Origin: Trichoplax sp. H2
Taxonomy: Eukaryota
DNA: 64,000 nt
NCBI GenBank assembly: GCA_003344405.1
Contig: NOWV01000016.1
Span: 434,001 to 498,000 of the forward strand
Direction: 5' to 3'
Shown here in pieces: positions 14,650-27,800 of this stretch (positions within the stretch are counted from its first letter, which is position 1; every line of letters begins with the position of its first letter). Position numbers and translations under genes: made by a program. A model generated the notes under the pieces. It saw only the letters and a program-made list of their open reading frames with translations. It did no database searches and was not told the DNA's origin.

Positions 14650-15340
14650 TTTTAAAGTGGACGTAGAAAATAAAGCTACTATTCATCTATTCCTACACTA
14701 TAAAATACTCAATTAAAAAATCTTCTTTCCTTTAACATTGTAAGAATAATAAATCGTTTTCACATTGTCAATCGCCATCCTTTAACTAGCATTAATCCAG
14801 TATAGTAGTAATCTCTCATCGATTTTGAAAAAGTCAACGTAGAAATGAAATTCCTATTTGTTATCCCTACGGTATAAAATACTTCAATCGAATAACCCCT
14901 TCCATTTGCAATGTAAGAATAATTAATTATTTCCACACTGTCAAGCATCATCCTTACCTACTATTAATCCAGTACAGTTTTGATTTATATCTCTTATCAA
15001 AGACTTTAAAAGTCAACGTATAAAATGAAATTCCTACTCGTCTATCCCTACGTTACAAAATACTTTCATCCAATAACTCCCTTCCATTTACAAGGTGAGA
15101 ATAATAAATCATGTGCACCATGTCCAGCGTCATCCTTTATCTAGTAGTAACCCCAGTATACTTGTAATCTGCCAATCCAAGATTTTGGAAAAGTCAACGT
15201 AGAAAATGAAATTCCTATTTATCTATTCCTACGGTATAACATACTTTAATCGAATAATCGCCTTCCAATTACAATACAAGACTAATAAATCCTTTCCAAC
15301 ATGTCAAGTGTCATCCTACAACTAGCTTTAATCTACCATG
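14650..15340. repeat. Diverged tandem repeat, four ~178 bp units, upstream of the kinesin
   Basis: aaagtcaacgtagaaatgaaattcctatt...aatact...aagaataat...catcct recurs at about 14654, 14829, 15008 and 15189. Confidence 0.85.
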
Positions 15341-15840
15341 GTTATTCTCTTGTTGCTCAAGAAGAGAAGATTGCACCTAGAAAGGAAATACAAATCAAAC
15401 TTTATTTGCCCGCAGCTGATCTACTATCTATTGTTATAAAGCAAAATAAGATGTAGATCATCAACTATGTTATATTGTCATATTATTCAAACTATTGTAC
15501 TCTTCTAGCGTCATAACTAGGTTTAATTTGTTATAGGGTAATGGAAGAATTTTCTTTGACAAACTAATAATTAATCAAGCAGCAACTTCATTAATATTCA
15601 GTGACGTGATACGCTCATTATCCTTAGTTTTTTTTTATGGAAACAATTTCATGCCTTTACTATGACAAGATGATGTACTGTATTAGCCATCTACCTCTCC
15701 ACAGTGTTGAACTCTCATCTTACTATATTAGTTGTAGACGCGTTGGTATGTCGTCGTTACTGAGTTATACAATCGATCGAGATCATTTATATCAAGCTTG
15801 ATTATTATTATTCTAACATTGGATATAAATTGACTTTTTC

Positions 15841-18800
15841 ATGGAAACCACCTTGGAAAAAGAGATTGATCGACAAGAATCGCCAGCAGGTCCACGTGAA
15901 CGATTGAAAAAAAGAATTTCTAATCGATCATTGCCTCATGTACCAGCGGGAAGCAATGGGAATCAACGACCAGCAACGCGAAAATTGCCTTCAGCTCCAT
16001 CGCCTATTACCACGGCTGGCAATGATCAAAATCCATTATCTGGTAAAATTCGTGTTATACCTATTGAGGCACAATTGAAGCAATTAGAAGCAGCAAGACG
16101 TCGTTCATTGCCGATGACAGCGGGTAATAAGCAAGAGATTTTAGTTCAATTGGAAGCTCGAGATCGAGCCGAAAGTTTCAAAGATAGAATGGTTGATCCT
16201 TCATCTTCTTTACCTTACCATTTTCAACATGAAACTTACTACGATGTCGAAAGCCATCAAAAAGGCACGCAAACGCTTATTATTGATGCATTCGATGAAG
16301 TACGAGTACCATGGACTATCGTCGCTAGATTTAAACCAACTTCTCCTGGGTAATAATGATCTATTGACTAGACATTGATTGAAATTTGAAGTAAAAACTT
16401 TAGAAAATACAACAAATTTATTGTCTACTATCTCTCTAATCAATCTCGATAGGATCAGTTAAATACAACTTATTGTAGAGTGTCCATAGATAGATGGAAT
16501 CCTATCTACTATGATATAATATCTTCCGTAGTTTAAATAAAGGTAGAGCTTGTTTATAGATAAGCGCTTGATAGACATCGATCTTGATTAATTATGAGCG
16601 ATATAAATGGCAAAAATGCCATCTTGCAGCTAAGCATAACGAATAATAGAGCAATCCATCGTTTTACAGCGCAGATTGCTTTTTCGCCTCATTTTTTCTG
16701 CTCCCTACACACAATACAATTTATTCCATAACTATTTCTACTGGATCTTTTATTTACATTTTAATCGCTTCTTTTCTCCTATTGCTCTTAGAGATAAAGA
16801 TCAAAATATTGACATCGGTCAAAACAGAATCACTTATAGAGCAACAAGTGGAGAAATTTATGAAAGCAATGTTGATCGGGTCATCAAAGCTACGGATAAA
16901 GACAACAAGCACGATGAACTTTATAAAATGATCGGCCAACCTATAGTTAACTTAGCTTTCAAAGGCTATAATACTTGCCTTTTCGCCTACGGACCAGTAC
17001 GTAAACAATTTTAAAGTAGAGAACGATAACCTAAATAGAATGCTTACTATTGATGCAGATGTTGACATATATAAAACAGTTTATTTGAATCCTTCCTCTG
17101 AATTGTTCTACCTTTTATCCTTTCATTGGTATGATTACTATCGTATTATAAGAATATTCAAGTAGCCCAACTAGCCATTAATCATACTATGTACTTTATT
17201 TTCGATCGACATGCTATTGCTTATCTAGTATGAGACTATGCCGTTATGACTACAAGCATTACGATAGATATTCCATCTATAGCATGTAATAAATTCAAAA
17301 TAAGAGATAGTTCAGGTGGAATTCCTACTATTTATGTAGACGTGAACATAGACAATATTAATATAGAATATCTAATTTTGGATCATTCCCTTCAAGGATT
17401 CCACTTTTAGCTATTTTGCTTCATCATCATTACAAACCTTTATCGGCATCATTTTATTCTGATGTCTATGCCAAAAAGTAGAAAATGATGCTGTCCTTTT
17501 TGTTTTTCTGCCAACTCAAACTTCCATTTATTATAGGAGCAGATTAATACTATTACATGTATCATCATGACAAGCTTTTAATCCATGTCATTTGCAAGAG
17601 TTTCCTGTGCTTTCAATTATGACTTCGTGACCTTTAATGTTCCTCCTTTTCTTTTGGTAATTTTTTTTAGATTGGTAGTGGAAGATCTTACTGGTAATTG
17701 TTTCTAGAACCACCACATGCTGGCTTTAATACAAATATTTTTAATTCAAATTAATAAAGCTACTTAATGCCACTTTTCAATTTCCATTCCTCGAATTTGT
17801 CTTGCGTGAATACTTTAACATTGATAATTAGTGCCTTTCCAATTTTCTTTTACTAGCATTACCGGTAATGATATGGATGAAGGATTAATTCCGAGGATAT
17901 GTGATGAATTGTTCGATAAAGTAGCAGAATATGGGGAGGTATTTGCACTTTTCTTCAATGTTTTCCTTCCTTTCAAAATATCTAACCAAGGTATATTGCT
18001 GTTAACTAATTAGGATAATGCTAGTATCGAATTTGGCTTTTACGAAATATTCAATGAAAAAATCTACGACATATTAGCACTTAATGAACATACTAAGGCA
18101 GTATGTAATCTTAATTCTAAGAGCATAAGTCTAGCTTTTGAAAATGATTATTATTGAACTCAACAGAATATTCATATAGCTATAGATAGATAAGCGAGCA
18201 AACAACTTTTCCATTAAAAATTTCAACTAATATTAATCATTCCTTATTTCACTCATTATTAGCTAAGCATATTAGAAGATCCGCAAACAGGACCTTATAT
18301 CGATAATTTATCTATGTAAGCTACTTTTAAATAAGAATTCAAAATTCTTCATAAAAAGTAAAAGAAATATTCGCCCATCATCTATAAAATGAACTCTGTT
18401 TAAAGGATCGGTAGTAATATTAATAATAAAAATTTTTTTACTATCGAAAAAGGTTTATAGTGAAATGTAAAGAAGACATTATAGTAAGTTAGAAGATAAA
18501 TGATGCTTATAATATCTTCAAATTAAGGTAGACTTTCACATTTTTAATAATTCTACAAAAGATTTAATGTAAGCTAAAAATTGAATATAGGACTGGCTAG
18601 AATATGGACAAAAGTTTAGGGCCATTTACAGTAACGGAATTAATCGTCGAAGTCGTCGAGCACATGTTGTATTTACGTTAGTTTTAAAAGTCTTCGAGGT
18701 AGTTTTCTGCAAGTTTCCTAGGCAAACAATAATTTTAAAATCATAGTGCGATTTTTATACCGTCGATTTTGAACTTATCATGTATACTATATTATAGATA

Positions 18801-21800
18801 GTAATTGTCCTAATTTAATCTTCTATAGACAACATTGGATGGAATAGAAGAAGTGGCAACCACTGCCAAAGTATCACGACTTAATATCGTTGACCTAGCT
18901 GGTTCTGAACTTGGATTTCAAAATAGTGATATAGTAAATTATATGCATCTCATTAACATAGTAACAACTATTTTCCAGTTGGCATGCATGTTAAATTCTT
19001 AATATGACTATTATACTATATAATGTAACCAAACAAATACTAAATTACTATCTTTTTTTTTAATATACAATCTTAGGACAACTGTAGTATTAGTCAATCG
19101 ATACAATCCTTCAAGGCAATAATTAGGCAATTATCCATGGAAGAAACTGATGAGAACAAAGCTGAACGAGCTTATAAAGATTGTGATTTAACGAGGTAAT
19201 ACAACTTCATAACATGATTTCGAGATGGAAAGCTTAATAATTTCAAACTATAGATTAAAATGACCTGCACAGTAGACAGAAATTTCCTGTTCATTCTTTG
19301 TTTAATCCAGTTTATTAAAAGAAATCCTGGGTGGAAATTGTAGGACTTTTATGCTGGCAACTCTTAGTCAAGCTGCTTCGAGTACTGGCGAAGAATTCAT
19401 AGATACGATAAAATATCCAAGAATATACCAAACTATGTCAACTCTAACATTGTTATAGAAATTTGATCGTTGCGTAACTATAACTTTGTTGCTACTTTAT
19501 ATCAATCAGATACAATGAAATATTTAAGGTCTATAAAACTGTTTAAAATTCTAATATTAGCGTAAAATGACATCACTTTATTGAATAAGAGTATTTATAT
19601 TACTACTCAAATCATCTGGTTAATTTAATCATTTCAAGATTTTACGAAATGGGTATCAATTATAAAAAATTATTCTGTGAATTCCAATTTGATTGCTTTA
19701 TTAATCTAGAAATAGCATTGCATGGATATTTTATAATCCTTAATAATTCATAAGTTATGCAATGCTGCAAAGTCAATTATAAATCGAGCACGAATTAATG
19801 AAGATATTTATGGTCTCCATCTTAAAGGTACTAAACTTCAGATTATCGTCATGATAATATCTAAAAAAGGCTAATTACACTATAATTATAACTGTTAATT
19901 TCCTTACTGTTTTGGCTAATATAAATTCCGTCGTAGAATTAAAGAAGCAATCAAGTGACCTTAGGAGCCTAATGGCACATCAAGAATCCAATTCTACATG
20001 GAGCAAAGACCTAGCCAATATACAGAAAGACATTGCTATCACCGTTAAAGAACTTACAAGAGAAAAAGAGTAAATTTAAAAATTCTTTAAGAAATTGTGC
20101 TATCATGCAAATCAGTACAATACTATATGAGACTGGTTTAGTTCAAGATTTAGTATAGTTATTTTCTATTCAATTCATTCTGATTACAGATTAATTAATT
20201 ATAAATATGAAGAATCTAATACATTTAAAGATAGAGCACGACAAGATCTTGAGGTAAACTATATGCGCAATCAACCGATATTACTTGAAATCTACTATTC
20301 AAAAATGATTTTAGATATCTAAAATAATTTTATCAAGTCTTAAAATTAGAGAAATGAAAATAGAGCATTATTCCATCACCAAAATTGTATTTCAGGAAAT
20401 GGGAATTGCACCCATGAAAGACAGCAAATTTGATTACTTGGTTAATTTACACGAAGATGATCGACTATCAACTATTTTGTACTATATCTTAAAATGTAAC
20501 TGAACACTACTCCGGATAGACTTTATTTAGAACTAAAGTATATTTGCAAAATAGTGGAAAATAAAATTGCAGGATAAAAATTCCAACTGTTATCGCTATA
20601 TTATAACGAGACCAATCTTTCCGTATCAAGCAGCATACACCTCCGTGGGAAGTCTATATTCTAATTGCAACATCCGTTTACCTGGTGCACTCATAAGTGA
20701 AAGGCATTGGTAAGTTATCGTAACTATTAAGCCATATGTTTTCATGCTATGGTATAAGATAAAATCTTTTTTGATCATTTACGACCTAGTGTATTAAAAT
20801 TACTTATTTATGGGTTATATTGGACATCATAGATTAAACTAAACGAGTAGACTAATATCCTATGTATCCCACTAATGGCGAAGTAATGCTGTCTAACTAA
20901 ATAATTCGTTAATTTTACATTGCAAAATGATTTTAATCAGCAACGGTCTGGTCTATTTCAATCTATGGAAATGCAGTTTACATTGTAATCTATATTTTAG
21001 CCATTCTATACTCGGAATAAGCTATAGTTTTTCCCAGCCAGCTAAGTGATGGCTTTGAAACAATCCATCTGCGCCATAATATAAGATAAAATTACTTGAC
21101 TAGAAGCGATCGAGTCTATTTAAATCTATGAAAGATACAGTTTATACATACTATAGCCTATGCCCATAACCAACTTACGAGCAGATTAAAGTTATATTCA
21201 GTCAATCATGACAATCTTGTCGGTTTCGGTATTTATGTTATGTTATAAGAATAAAATTAATTTAATCGTCCATGATTTAGCTTACGATACAATCTGCCCA
21301 ATAGTATCATCCATTAGTACTACAAATTATAGGCATATAAATTACTTATTGAGTTACGATTTATTCTATGTAAAATTTCTGATAAGAAAAGCCACTCTTA
21401 ATATAATTATCATTCTAGCTATCATATATTTAGTTAAATCATATCCAGCCAAAACTAATAATGATATAATCTAATCAATTATCGAGTCCTATTTAACTAG
21501 ATTCTAGCTACTGTAGACTCGTTATTAGTCTATTTAAGCAATGTCAAAAATACCATACAATTTGTAATATAATCTTAGCTTAAATGTAAATTTACTGCAA
21601 TATATCTCGTACACCAAAAACTACATGTTTTCTTATTTATAGCACATTGCAGTTTATCAGTTTTAAGAGCAATAAAATTATTGTTATTATGAAATATCAA
21701 ATAAGCTAATTGCAATGCATATCACATCTATTTAACAGTTACTTCGAAATTAGCGGTGATAAAATTACCGTCACTCCGACAGGTAAGAGTTTAAATTAGG

Positions 21801-24800
21801 GAATAGTAAAGGAAAGTGCATACCAAACTATACATTTGAATTCTTTTCTACACGTCCAGCTCCCCATAGATATGCTTACTTCTTCTAGTTTTAACCTATG
21901 ATTTTTTCCTTTATAGAAAACTCAGCCACATACGTCAACGGTGAATTACTTAAAGAAAAGAAAGTCCTACATAATGTAGGGATTAAAATTCTGATTTATC
22001 GATTGTTTATTTTCCTTTCTCACTGATGTAACACTGCTCTCGCTTTTGTAGAATGATAAAATAGTCTTTGGTGATCAATTCTTTAGGTTAGAGATTAGGC
22101 ATTGCGCATCATTACTACTTAAATTGGATAAAACCTTCTTCCAGTAACAAACTATTGACCTCACTTGCTGATAAAAGAATTTCTTTTTTCTCTTTATAAT
22201 TTGCTAGAGTAAATTGTTCCAGAAGACGTGCATTGATTTTAACGCAACCTACAACAGTTGGATCAATTACATTTAAACATGCATATCAGGAGCTGTTATC
22301 CAAACAGCTGGAAAAGTAAGCAGAACATAAATAATAAATTAATCGATATTCTATTATCCTTTGATGTAAAACTAAATATGTAGCGGTAGCTATACTCTTA
22401 CGGTAAAGGACCAAATATACAATAATTTAATCTACTAATTCTATATACTGTAAAGATAGTCAATACAATTTCATGGTTATTTGTTTTCGTAACAGCCTTG
22501 TTAGAAGGACCTAGTTCTTAATAATACAATGGTCATTTGTCTTTATAAATCGGTGATGAGAATATTCATTCTAATTCAAAATGATAGCTAGCCAAGAACA
22601 TATGAGAAATACTCTTTTAATTATCTTGATAGACTCGGTGGGGTATAAATCGAAGACAATGAATTTATCTTCTAGCTGTTCGCTATAACAATTCTCACAA
22701 TTTAGCGCTGCAGATATGATTTATGATTTATAGGGGCACGATCTAAGTACCTAGTGTTACAGTTTAAATTTCTAATGACAATCTTTATCCTAATTCCCCA
22801 GTAGAGAAAAGAGAATATCCCTTTTAGTGCATAAATAATCAGCGTTCTCAACTATATGATAATTGATTATTTGCCTATTTTTTGGCGAGGATTATCAAAT
22901 GCTATTACTGTCAATTTTAGTCATAATATGTTGAATATAATCCAAATTATAATCACAGTTTACATCTATAATCGAGGACAAAGATATCTTCAGAATAATT
23001 TAACACTCTATGGTGGAAAATACTGGAGACTTTCGTCCATATAGAAATATCATTGTCTACGCATCCTATATCCATTAATTCTTGCTAATATGGATGAATG
23101 GGAAGAAAAGTAATTCCTTATAGATGTTAATAGAAAGGATTCCAATTTCTACATTATATATACAGCAATTAGCCAAATAGTCTATTCTGTTACTATTATA
23201 AGGGACGAAACAAAGTTCCTGTCTAGTAATCTTGCCTCCCTATTACATCTCCGTAGTCAAGACAAGTTTATCCTCACCAAGTTCCTGTTTAGCCACCTAG
23301 TCTCCCTATTACATCCCCATAATTAAGATGATACACCATTATAAAAGTAATCACTGTAACTTGAGGTAATAACGTCTATAGTAAAGTCAGTTCTTAAGGG
23401 TCTACAATAAATCAGACTAACTGGATTTAAAACCCGAACTAAGCTTTATTACAATAAAGCTAACCGTAACTGCATTTACAACAAAATATTAACAAAAAGA
23501 ACTCCCAATCTACTTCTTGTATAAGCTTATATATCCTAGCGCATGACCTATTTAATATCGGTAGTAACATTATCACGCTTTCATGTGCTAAGCACGGGCA
23601 TTGAATTACTATATTTTACCGGGGCACAAGCGACTAATGGCATTTAAACTACGCTAGTATTATAGCCTACGGTAGTGCATATTAGTAATTCCATAGTTAA
23701 TTCAGAATTTAACTCAAGTACTAAGCTCACGACACTACAACAATTATTTCATGATGCAGGATAATCCAAGAAATTGAAAATGCTAATAATCAACTAGACG
23801 AGGAAATTTCACAAAAAATCATGGATTTACAGGTAAATCAGGAATCTTGGCTGGATTCTATTGCTATATTCAACTGCGTTTTAAGTATTTCCTTAGACAA
23901 AATTGAAAGAATTTTAGATACAGCAACAATTTAACAAAATATGATTGACTAACATAGAAACAAGATGGAAATCCTGCTCAATTACGCGTAGCAATTGAAA
24001 AGCTAGAGTTCCAACAGAGTGATTTATCTATGGTTAGAGAATGGATCCGAAATTTAGTAAGTAGACATGATGCTTGTCCATAATTCTACCTTACATGCTT
24101 AAAAATGATCTGATTATTTTTCACTTTCTATTTATATATTTCAATTTGGAAAATTTTGACTACACTATAAACTAGAAACGACTAAGAAGGATAGATCCAA
24201 AGAAAAGAAGAGATAGTTTAATGAGTATCGGTGAATAAATTCTAATATAGCTAAGTCATAGAGAATTGGAAAGGAAAACGATCGGAAATGGTGATTCAAA
24301 TTTTTTTTATTTTACTGACAGATGAAAGTACTTATGAAAGTTTAAGACTCTCTATTCTTCTCAACGAAGCCAATCATATTAGTAAAGCTATTGGAGAAAC
24401 AGCAGTAAGTATATCATTATCCTAATATTTAGAAAATTGAGCTAAATTGAATTTCAATATCTCAGTCTGTTCATTGATGATTATCTACGTAGATATTTGA
24501 TCGTCTTGACAACGTAGTCGATGGAAAGGTAAGAAGCAACAGGATGAAGGGTTCTATTCGACCTTAAAAAAAGCTTACCGAAGAAGTTTTACAATAACTG
24601 ATCATTGACGATCGTTTTGGTCATTTCTTTTACCAGATTTTAACTAAAATCTCCATGAAAAACCCACAAACTAACAAGACTATTACCTGGTCCTTTTTGA
24701 AATTTGAATCGCACCTCGCTAATATGCGCGAGATCAATTGGGTAGGAGAGGATTTCTTGTTTAAATAGAGATGTTCTAGTTGGCTGTGATCCACTAGTAT

Positions 24801-27800
24801 AAGTCTTTGGTTCTAGTTGGATCTTATGAGGAATAGAATAGTAGGATATTAGAGCTTTTCCGTTATACTTCTGTCGGTGATCACCATCTTGACGTATTGA
24901 AGACCTCAGGGAAAGATTGAAATTTCTGTTCACTAATTTGTAGGAAACGAACATGAGAAAATCCAATTATGGGGATGAATTAAATACCGGTCGAGTTGGA
25001 GTCTATAAAATTGGTAGCGAAGAAGCAGAAACAACAAACAAAGAGAGAATCCTTATTCCAAAATCAGAAAGCGACCAAAGCGATTTTATTAAATTATCGG
25101 AGAAATTACTCAACGACATGACTTTAAAGAAATCATCAAGTTTACCGATACGAGATAGTACAAAAGATCTAGCGGATATTGCCATGACTGATTTATCCAA
25201 AGTTTTAGCTAATGTCGAACCTGAGAGTAAATTAATAGGGAAAGATGAAATAGAAATCGATACTACAGAAATAGTACTAGAAAATCCAATTATTGATCCG
25301 TTAGGTTTAGATACAGAATCAATGACTATCGATTTAACTAATGAAGAACAACGAAAATCACTAACAGATTCCTTATTTCAAAATTCCAATAAAATCAACA
25401 ATTCTTTGTATGGCAGTTCGGGGGATAAATTAGAATCGTTATTTCATAATGTGTCAGGCGATGTTAATTCACCTAGTAGTAAGGAAACTTTAGATAGCAC
25501 TGAAATCAACGATCATGACTCTGAATTAACGTTTAATTCCATTTCCTTAACGGGTAGCAAGCGTTCATCTGTTGCCAGTCAAGTAGAAATACATCCAAGT
25601 AGCAAGCGATCATCTGTTGCCAGTCAAGTAGAAATTTATCCGGATAGCAAGCATTCATCCGTTGCGAGTCAAATAGATATACATTCTACCCTTCAAAGTA
25701 ATTATTTATCTAAAGAAATACAGCAGGATAATCCTAATACAACGGGAGATATCAATGATAGAAATCATTATTCCAAGAGTGAAGAATCCACGAAGGCCGT
25801 TGATAACAGGACTATACCCAATGCAAGTCCAGTTATTGCCATGAGCCATGATAATTATACTTCAAGTAGTGGTGAAGATGATCGAAGTTCAAGCTTACAA
25901 CAACGACCAGTAGTAAAGAAAGAAGATCTAAAGCTGTTGTAAGTTATAGCTAATGGTTGAAGAATAGTATTACTCGTTTTCTTAACCTTTTTGTTTCATT
26001 CAGTGTCTTAAAATGTGCTAAAAGTAACTTAAGTATAAAAATGAATTAAATTCGTTTTCATTTACGGTATATAGAGAAATTGTGGCCAAAAATAGTATTC
26101 AGACTGGGAAAGGATCGAAAGGAATTTACCCTGTAAGAAGAGGACGCAAAGCCGAAGTGGCTTCACTGGTAAGATAAACATTATTAGGGAATTTTTCAGT
26201 GCCTCAAGTTATAAGTAATGTACTGCTTTTGCGCTGATATGATAAAATAATAGCTTTAACAGTTAAATCATCGTTAAGATAGAATAGACACTATTACAAA
26301 ATTGTTCAATGCCTTTTCAATTAAGTGTGATATTGTATTGATATGATAAAATAATAACTTTTAGCAATTACATGATTAGTAGGTTAGGATAGACCCTATT
26401 AGAAAATAATAGTTAAAAGTACTAGCTTCAACGGGCAAATCATTAATGAGATAGAATAGACACTATTAGAAAACATTAGTTAAAAATACTAGCTTTAATA
26501 GTTAAATCATTACTAAGGTAGGATAGAGAATATTAGTAAATACTAGCTTTAACAGTTTAATTAATGATTGGTAAGAACAGATAGATATTATTAATATTTA
26601 AATATTAGCTTTAATCGTGAAAGAATAATATATACACTTACTTGTAGGAAAGGGAAATTTTATCTGCACCATCAAGTCCTAAATTAGAAAATCGAAAATG
26701 TAATGGACTCAATTTAATATAGCGTCCATCTGATACAAATTAATAAGTATTCTCTTTATTATTGCACAAATATTAATAGTTATCAATTTCTTGCATAATT
26801 AGCCTTCAATTCCGCAACAACTATTGTCAAACTTTGTCATGATCATATCCAAAAGGCAATCTCATTTTTGGAAGGTATATCTAGATAGTTTTTACATACA
26901 ATAGCAAAGCTACAATTTCATATCTCGGGAATTCGGAGTAGAATAATAAAAACTCGACGTTATAGCCATTCCATTAATTTGATGTATTATCCGTATTTCT
27001 ATATGTACCTTGTAGCTGGAGTACAAGCCTGTTATGTCCCACTACCTCAAAAAGTTTTACACGAATGCCAGATGCTATCAGCTTTTGGAGCCTTATTACT
27101 CAGATACTATAATAAAGGTAATGAAAAAATTTCCTGTAACGTTGGCTAAATTGATTAATAGGGCGAAGATACTGGCAAAATTCGATACAAAATAACTTAT
27201 TACAAGTGATTTTATCATAATATACGCCTAACTTGATTATCGATCAAAACTTAAAAATATTCTCAGAGAAAGTCGGAAGTTCCGTTAACCTAAATCATTG
27301 CTGTCTCCAATTAACTGTATCGATGGAAATGCTGGCTGAACATGTTCGAACTTGGGGTAGTATGGATATTGCCCATAATACCTATGATCATATTAACATC
27401 CAACTATTAGGAATAACAAAGATCGCAGGAGGAAATGTGGCTAATATGCTTCTGGTAAGCTAATTTAGAAATAAATAAGTCGTGATTATTAGTAATTTAG
27501 TACTCCTGAACATCAGTTATTGACTACTTTAAAATTCTACCATGTCATAGGCTGCTGAAACTTGGAAGGTCAGCGAAATCCATAATTCTTATAAGAGAAT
27601 TTATGATTGTGTCCATTCTATTGCTGAATTATCAGGGGAACATACCTTTGTATCAGCATCTTACCTATTTAATGATGAGAAAATTGATAATAGCGATATG
27701 ATTGATGACATAGATAGCCATCGCAACCTTATTCAGGTATAGATCCATTTGTGAAGCAATCTTGGTGTGATATTTTCGTAATAGAGAGCAGTTGCATGCG

